A DNA stretch of 64,000 bases from assembly GCA_041660165.1 (NCBI GenBank), contig JBAZWW010000005.1, forward strand, positions 16,191-80,190. The letters run 5' to 3'. The position numbers and the translations under genes were made by a program. The notes beneath the pieces were generated by a model. It was given only the letters and a program-made list of their open reading frames with translations, had not been told where the DNA came from and made no database searches. The stretch comes from Patescibacteria group bacterium. Its GTDB lineage: Bacteria; Patescibacteriota; Patescibacteriia; UBA9934. Below are positions 58,514-64,000 of the stretch, piece after piece (position 1 is the first letter of the stretch; each line of letters opens with the position of its first letter).

Positions 58514-58825
58514 ATGTACGCAGTAATTACCACTGGCGGTAAACAGTACCTTGTCAAAGAGGGCATGACCGTCCAGGTAGAGTTGATTGATTTGAAAGAG
58601 GGCGAAACCATCACTTTCCCAACCATGCTCGTTGCTAACGAGGATGGCTCTGAAGTAAAGGTAGGCAACCCGGAAGTAAAGGGCGTGTCTGTCACGGCTA
58701 AAATTGCTGAGCACGGCCGAGCCAAAAAGATTTCCGTTATCAAATATAAACCCAAGGTCCGCTACCGCCGTAACGTTGGTCACCGCCAGCCTTTCACGGT
58801 GCTGTTGATTGAAAAGATTGGGTAA
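58514..58825 (+). CDS. rplU: 50S ribosomal protein L21
   Basis: MYAVITTGGKQY.V.EG, GHRQPFT. Confidence 0.97.
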   Translation: MYAVITTGGKQYLVKEGMTVQVELIDLKEGETITFPTMLVANEDGSEVKVGNPEVKGVSVTAKIAEHGRAKKISVIKYKPKVRYRRNVGHRQPFTVLLIEKIG

Positions 58826-58828
58826 AGA

Positions 58829-58910
58829 ACAGATTGACACAGATCAAGGCGCGGGACAGATTGAACACAGATATAAGAGCGAGTCCTCACGGGCTCGTTT
58901 TTGTTTTTTG
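58829..58910 (+). terminator. ACAGAT repeats plus terminator after rplU
   Basis: Four ACAGAT units, then CGAGTCC-TCAC-GGGCTCG-TTTTTG. Confidence 0.65.
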
Positions 58911-58935
58911 CACCAGCATGTTACTATCGGCGGGT

Positions 58936-59346
58936 ATGGATTTACAGATTCCTGAACAAACACAGAAGCAATTAGAGAAACTGGGCGTTTCGGCCCTGTA
59001 CCTTTTTGGTTCCCGTGCGATGGGAGCGGAGGGCCCGTTGTCGGACTTCGATTTTGCGGTGTTGATGAATCATGCCGGCCATAGTCGAGGAGACAAGACA
59101 TACGATGCGCTGTACGATTTGCTGAGTCCGTTGTGTTCAAGGACACTCGAAAATGATGTGATAGACATTGTATTCCTGAGGGACGCTCCGCTTGAGCTCA
59201 AGGCGCATATTATTCGTTACGGAAAGATATTATTCGAATCGAACCCGCTCGAGCGCGGTCAATTTGAAGAAGAGACAACCCTTGAAGCTGCTGATTTCAG
59301 GCCACATCAAAACATCATTGATCAAACTATTCTTGCTTCGCTATGA
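58936..59346 (+). CDS. mntA: MNT (minimal nucleotidyltransferase) antitoxin
   Basis: YLFGSRA.G...LSDFDFAV, IDIVFL. Confidence 0.92.
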   Translation: MDLQIPEQTQKQLEKLGVSALYLFGSRAMGAEGPLSDFDFAVLMNHAGHSRGDKTYDALYDLLSPLCSRTLENDVIDIVFLRDAPLELKAHIIRYGKILFESNPLERGQFEEETTLEAADFRPHQNIIDQTILASL

Positions 59347-59798
59347 ATTTACCTCTTGAAAAAGAAGCCATTTTACCTCGGCTAGACGGTATTCGGAAAA
59401 ATATCGCCAAATTACGATCGCTCGGAGAACTTCCGATAGAAAAGTTTGAGACCGGCGATGCGTTTGATCTGGCTCAACATCATCTCCGTCTTGCGCTTGA
59501 AGGCGTTTTCCATCTTGGTTCTCACATTTTGTCTCGTATCCCTGGCGGTCGCGCTGTTGAGTATTCGGGCATCGCTTTGAAGCTTGGCGAGTTGGGAATA
59601 GTCGATAAGAAATTCGCCAATGAGAAACTGGTACCGATGGCTAAGTTACGAAATCTTCTTGTTCATCAATACGCTGATATTAATCCCGTTCGTATTTACG
59701 GGATTACTCATGATTATTTGGGTGATATCGAGCTATTTTTGAAAGCAGTAGGTGAAGTTGTCGAGCATCCAGAAAAGTGGAATTTAACCATCGAATAA
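59343..59798 (+). CDS. hepT: HEPN (DUF86) RNase toxin
   Basis: RNLLVHQY (RX4HXY); overlaps mntA (ATGA). Confidence 0.92.
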   Translation: MNLPLEKEAILPRLDGIRKNIAKLRSLGELPIEKFETGDAFDLAQHHLRLALEGVFHLGSHILSRIPGGRAVEYSGIALKLGELGIVDKKFANEKLVPMAKLRNLLVHQYADINPVRIYGITHDYLGDIELFLKAVGEVVEHPEKWNLTIE

Positions 59799-59894
59799 GT
59801 TCCTCACTAAGGACGGGGCTGAAGGGCCTCGTTTTTTGAAAAAGATCACCCCTCCACACGCCAATTGGCGGGGAGGGGGTGCGCGTCTGAGCGG

Positions 59895-60611
59895 TTATTT
59901 GAGACGGCTGATTTCCGCGGCGGCTTCGACTCGCCGAGCGTATTCACGGAGCTCCGCGCGGTGATCGTTGATCCGCTGTATCCGCTCGTCAAACTGTTCG
60001 ATGAGTTTGTCCGAATCCTCGACTAGATCCACAGACGACCCGAGCGGGCCTTCATCCGACAGGCGGTTGAAGCGTTCTGCGGTGCCGTGCATGAACTCCT
60101 CATCCGTCCTGAGGCCGTCATGCATTTTCCGGATCTCGTCTTCTTGGAGTCGGCCGAGATCCACTTCATCAATCAGGCGATTCATCCGCTTTACGTCCCT
60201 GTCCCAGGCGACAATGGCCCCTAGCATACGGCGTAGTCCCGGCAGACGATCGTCCTTGACCTGCTCGCCAGGGAAGAGAGTGCGGACTGACCACAGGTAG
60301 CCATTGCTGAACAGGAGGGTGAAGAAGCACGCTCCTAACCAGGGAAATGCGCCTAGGCTAAAGATTATTGTTGACGTGATGAAGTATCCAGCGAGAAGGA
60401 GGAGGATCCCAAAGATGAGGGAACTAACCCCAAGGGCCGCAAGGGAAAGGAGCGCACCTATATAGAGCAGGAACCACACTTGGGCCAGTCTATAGTCTTT
60501 TTTTATGCGTGCCTCTTCTTTGTCTCCCCGCTCGATCTTTTTGGCCATCTTCTTCGCTTTCTTGTTGAAGGCGTTTGAGAGCGGTTCGAATTTCTTGAGG
60601 TTGGTAGCCAC
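59895..60611 (-). CDS. Hypothetical membrane protein with coiled-coil tail
   Basis: Hydrophobic TM block; GGAGG SD before GTG; TTGACT-17-TACCGT promoter; GC hairpin terminator 59847-59880. Confidence 0.72.
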   Translation of the reverse strand: MATNLKKFEPLSNAFNKKAKKMAKKIERGDKEEARIKKDYRLAQVWFLLYIGALLSLAALGVSSLIFGILLLLAGYFITSTIIFSLGAFPWLGACFFTLLFSNGYLWSVRTLFPGEQVKDDRLPGLRRMLGAIVAWDRDVKRMNRLIDEVDLGRLQEDEIRKMHDGLRTDEEFMHGTAERFNRLSDEGPLGSSVDLVEDSDKLIEQFDERIQRINDHRAELREYARRVEAAAEISRLK

Positions 60612-60681
60612 GTGGCCTCCATGGTTAAGGAACGACTGGCTGATGACGGTACCGCTTGACTAGGAACAAGTCAATCACCCC

Positions 60682-60715
60682 TTCACGGTGCTGTTGATTG
60701 AGAAGATCGGGTAAA
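60682..60715 (+). repeat. Displaced duplicate of the rplU 3' end
   Basis: 32/34 identical to 58793-58826, both mismatches synonymous; followed by a terminator at about 60735-60760. Confidence 0.9.
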
Positions 60716-60783
60716 TCAGTCTGTGAACAAGAATGAGGCTAAAAAGCCTCGTTTTTGTTTGGGTTATGTTAAACTATGGCAAT

Positions 60784-61878
60784 ATGCCAAACACCTTGAA
60801 GGCCGCTGGTCTGATTGCATTTATTTGGAACCAGGGCAACCCGCCACCAAACACAGAGCCATTGCAGGAGTGGCAACAAGAACAAGTTAATGACGTACTT
60901 AAGACCGTGGATGCAGAGACGCCGTTTGTACAACGGCTTCTTGAGAGGGCTGACCCGCTTTTTGATCTTGAGCGCAAAGAACATGAGGATAACACGGTGC
61001 TTATAGGCCAGATCGGACAGCTTCAGACTGATGTGCACTATTATGCGGATCATGATCGTATCCGAGTTTTGGCTAGTTTGGAACGAGCAGAAAAAAATTC
61101 ATGGGGAGCCTATTTTGCAGAAGGTGGAATGCTGGGCCCGCATCGGGAGCGTGATTTTGAGGATTCTTGGATTGTGGTGGAGAAAAAACAGGATGATCCT
61201 GACTATATTTATATTGATGTGGGAGTGCTGATGCATGAAGCTGCGCATAATTATGCGCTTCACCATTATGGGTTGAAGAAAATGCATAATATGGGGATGC
61301 CGGAGACGTTGAAGAAGCGAGACGGCAGTTATCTGACGGAGAACCTCTATTCAATTGCAGAGAAGCTAACGCGCGTTGATAGTCCGCAAATGAGTGAAGC
61401 GTTTGGCCCTGAAGGTGCCAGGGGCACCATGAGGGCCCTATTTGATATAACGAGTTCAGGATATATCCAAGCAAGCTATATAGGCGGCGAGGAGGATATT
61501 ATTGATGAAAAAGCGCTTCAGAAGAAAGTGTCTTTTATTGCTGACAAGATGCTGACGGGGTATCAATTAACCCAAGAGCAGTGGGCAAGTGAGCGAGTAC
61601 AAACACTCAATGATGACACAACTAATTTTGGTGGAAAGCGAGCGAGTGAATTTGAGAATTCGGGCATGAATGATGTAGGGATTACTGCAGAAGAATTGCA
61701 GGAAGTACTTGAAGAATCTCCAGAACTTTTTAAACTTCGTAATCAGCATTTTTATGAAGAGTTTGAGAGATTAGAAAATCTTTTTCCTTACCAGTACGCT
61801 GAATGGAAAGAAGCTGTTCAGAAAAAAGAAAAAGACGCTGAACGAACAGGGGAGGTGAAGCCCGCGGGGAGGCGCTAG
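60784..61878 (+). CDS. Hypothetical acidic protein with HExxH motif
   Basis: LMHEAAH zincin-like motif. Confidence 0.65.
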   Translation: MPNTLKAAGLIAFIWNQGNPPPNTEPLQEWQQEQVNDVLKTVDAETPFVQRLLERADPLFDLERKEHEDNTVLIGQIGQLQTDVHYYADHDRIRVLASLERAEKNSWGAYFAEGGMLGPHRERDFEDSWIVVEKKQDDPDYIYIDVGVLMHEAAHNYALHHYGLKKMHNMGMPETLKKRDGSYLTENLYSIAEKLTRVDSPQMSEAFGPEGARGTMRALFDITSSGYIQASYIGGEEDIIDEKALQKKVSFIADKMLTGYQLTQEQWASERVQTLNDDTTNFGGKRASEFENSGMNDVGITAEELQEVLEESPELFKLRNQHFYEEFERLENLFPYQYAEWKEAVQKKEKDAERTGEVKPAGRR

Positions 61879-61955
61879 AAAAATACTGATTTTATATTGA
61901 CGTGCGATGAGAAATCTGCTTTACTGCTGTTCGCATTTTCAAAAGGGGGTGTGCC

Positions 61956-62360
61956 GTGGCGTCTTCACCATTTGAGGGTCCGCGGGAGCCCTGCGTCATG
62001 GGCTGTCCGCGGAAAGCGTTTCAAGACGGTTTGTGTACCGTGTGTTATTCGCGCCGAGTAACGGATCCCGGGGCTTTTGCGCATCTTCGGTTGGGCGTAG
62101 TGTCCGCGAAGGATCCCCTGGTACATATCTGTCGTGTTCCGTGGTGTCCACAGCTTTATCGGGCAAACGGTTATTGCCGAAGGCATAATCGAATGTGGAT
62201 CCAGGCGGGCAGGCCGGAAAAATGGGATCTCCCAATGCCTGAGAGACCGCTTTGCAGGTACCCTTCATGTCCAGAGCAGAGATCCATGAGGAGCAACCTA
62301 TGCTCACATCATCACGTCCAGTGGCGGAGGGCGGGCCGGCCGGAGAACTGGCCTCTGTGA
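61956..62360 (+). CDS. Cys/His-rich repeat protein (three Cx4C...CxxH/C units)
   Basis: CVMGC..GLC..C, CRVPWC..GYCRRH, CRYPSC..LCSHH; duplicated 'W.RAGRPE.W'; TTGACG promoter and SD-like AGGGGG. Confidence 0.65.
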   Translation: MASSPFEGPREPCVMGCPRKAFQDGLCTVCYSRRVTDPGAFAHLRLGVVSAKDPLVHICRVPWCPQLYRANGYCRRHNRMWIQAGRPEKWDLPMPERPLCRYPSCPEQRSMRSNLCSHHHVQWRRAGRPENWPL

Positions 62361-62467
62361 AGAAGTTCGTCCGGGTGCGGACGCGTGCTGGCAGGCCGTT
62401 GCCGGCACTTTTTGTTTGCGTAAAACGGCAACACCCCTCCGCACCACGCTGGCGGGAGGGGGTACGA

Positions 62468-63082
62468 TTACGGCGGGAGAACGGCGGCGGCGTGCAAGAT
62501 GCTGTCTTTTTGCAGGCGCTTTTTGAGGGATTCCAGCCGGCCTGGTTTGAACCATGTCCGGCCGTCCACGTCGGGCTCCTTCGGATTTCCTCGGTTCGCG
62601 ATGAGAAATTCCGACATGGTTTCGCTCTTTGTTGAAATGGGCTTTTTGTACTCCCTGCCGTAGAGCTTTGGCGTCATGTTGAGCGCGTTCATGAACACGG
62701 GATCATCCCAGTATGGCGGACTCCAGCCTTCCTTGACGGGCCGAGTGTTTTGCGGGATGCCGAGTTTTTCTTCAAGCTCGGCAAGCACATCCGGGCGGTG
62801 GTGTTTGTGCCCGTTTCCGTAGTACAGAAAGTAGGCCTCGCCCACCAGAAGCACTCCGCGGATTTCCAGGTAGTTCGTTGTCCGTTTTGACAGCCCCGCG
62901 TCCGTGATGCGGAGCGAGAATTTTGCCAAGTGGTCCGCGCCGTTCGTGTTGACGGCGTTTGCCGGGCCGATTACGAATCGCCGAAGGGCGGTTTCCAGGA
63001 GCGTTATTTCGTCGCTCGACCGTATTCCGGACTTGATAATTCGGCGCGCATCAATCAGTAGACCGTTTAAGGCTATGGTCAT
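62468..63082 (-). CDS. Hypothetical protein with RNA polymerase alpha-CTD-like domain
   Basis: 'LRITDAGLSKRTTNYLEIRGVLLVGE' resembles alpha-CTD 'L.LSVR..NCL....I..VG'; GGAGG SD. Confidence 0.6.
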   Translation of the reverse strand: MTIALNGLLIDARRIIKSGIRSSDEITLLETALRRFVIGPANAVNTNGADHLAKFSLRITDAGLSKRTTNYLEIRGVLLVGEAYFLYYGNGHKHHRPDVLAELEEKLGIPQNTRPVKEGWSPPYWDDPVFMNALNMTPKLYGREYKKPISTKSETMSEFLIANRGNPKEPDVDGRTWFKPGRLESLKKRLQKDSILHAAAVLPP

Positions 63083-63104
63083 GGTTTCCTCCGCGGGGAA
63101 ATTA

Positions 63105-63704
63105 TCAAGTTTCTGACCTTCCCGCAAGCGCGCTCGCCAGCGTTACTTCGTCTGCGTATTCGATATCCGCGCCCATGGGTAATCCCCTGGCTAAACGAGT
63201 AACTTTTTTGCCGAGACCTTTTAGCACTCGGCTAAGATATAAAATAGTGGTTTCGCCGTGAACGTCGGGAGAGAAGGCTAGGATCACCTCGGTGACGGGC
63301 GCATTATCCGTCAACCGAGCAACGAGCGGTTTGACGTGCAGGGTTTCGGGCGTGAAGCCGTCAATCGGATTGAGGACTCCGCCAAGGACGAAATACTTGC
63401 CTTTGTACATTCCCGTCGCCTCGATAGTTGCAATGTCGCGAGCCTCGGCCACCACGCACAGGACGTCTGCCGAGCGCTTGGGATCAGCGCAAATGTCGCA
63501 CACACTGCTTTCCGCGTAGGTGAAGCAGGTGGTGCAGGTGGCCACGCGTTTGAGGCTGTCTATACTGCGCGCCACAATGTCCAGTTCATCCTTGGACAAC
63601 CGCAACAATGAAAACGTATACCGAAGAGCGGTCTTCGGCCCCACGCCAGGAAGTCTGCCAAGCGCGGACATGGCATTATGGATGGGAGCGGGAAATTTGC
63701 GCAT
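63105..63704 (-). CDS. recR: Recombination mediator RecR
   Basis: LPGVGPKTALR, C4 zinc finger, Toprim, LARGLPMGADIEYADEVTL. Confidence 0.97.
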   Translation of the reverse strand: MRKFPAPIHNAMSALGRLPGVGPKTALRYTFSLLRLSKDELDIVARSIDSLKRVATCTTCFTYAESSVCDICADPKRSADVLCVVAEARDIATIEATGMYKGKYFVLGGVLNPIDGFTPETLHVKPLVARLTDNAPVTEVILAFSPDVHGETTILYLSRVLKGLGKKVTRLARGLPMGADIEYADEVTLASALAGRSET

Positions 63705-63710
63705 GACAAA

Positions 63711-64000
63711 TTACGATCCCCCCATCCCTTTCATCATGTCTCCAATGGCGCCAAGTCCGCCCATGGCTTGCATCTTCTTCATGAGTTCGCCTTGAAGTTT
63801 TTTGTTCACGTCCGCCATGGCTTCTTTGACGCCTTGCTCAATCCGGGCTTTTTCTAGCCCATCTTCAATTGTGACGCCCATGACTTCATGACTGCCGTTC
63901 ATGGTGATCATCACCTTTCCGCCTGCGCCAGAACCAACGATCACGATCTCATCGAGCATGGCTTTCATCTTCTTGCTTTCATCACGCATGTCTTTGAACT
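63711..64000 (-). CDS. ybaB: YbaB/EbfC nucleoid-associated protein (5' end outside window)
   Basis: GSGAGGKVMITMNGSHEV; canonical ybaB-recR order. Confidence 0.88.
   Translation of the reverse strand, partial: FKDMRDESKKMKAMLDEIVIVGSGAGGKVMITMNGSHEVMGVTIEDGLEKARIEQGVKEAMADVNKKLQGELMKKMQAMGGLGAIGDMMKGMGGS

Overview
Chromosomal segment of a small-genome bacterium, most likely Patescibacteria/CPR (Parcubacteria, Uhrbacteria-like; inferred from gene content, tight packing and many apparently leaderless genes; genetic code 11). Housekeeping anchors are pyrH, tRNA-Trp(CCA), gpsA, htrA, HU, rpmB, a trmH-family gene, tgt, a Clp ATPase, a GT4/WecA-like gene, rplU, recR and ybaB. Accessory blocks lie between them. 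Main observations: (1) a split PEP-synthase/rifampin-phosphotransferase-like locus with one stand-alone ATP-grasp protein and three different phosphohistidine-swivel proteins, interrupted by a Fic antitoxin/toxin pair and a SixA-like phosphatase; (2) a tandem array of gene cassettes downstream of tRNA-Trp, each closed by a degenerate copy of the tRNA 3' end plus terminator, with no integrase in the window; (3) similar displaced 3'-end scars at rplU and at an ice-binding-protein gene; (4) a hisS cassette with an apparent ribosome-mediated attenuator containing a single His codon; (5) several palindromic repeat families, including a 26-bp mini-element nested in other repeats and in-frame copies inside tgt and an ABC-F gene; (6) GC-rich orphan genes carrying their own promoter, Shine-Dalgarno and related terminators. 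All functional calls come from motif recognition by eye, and no database search was run.
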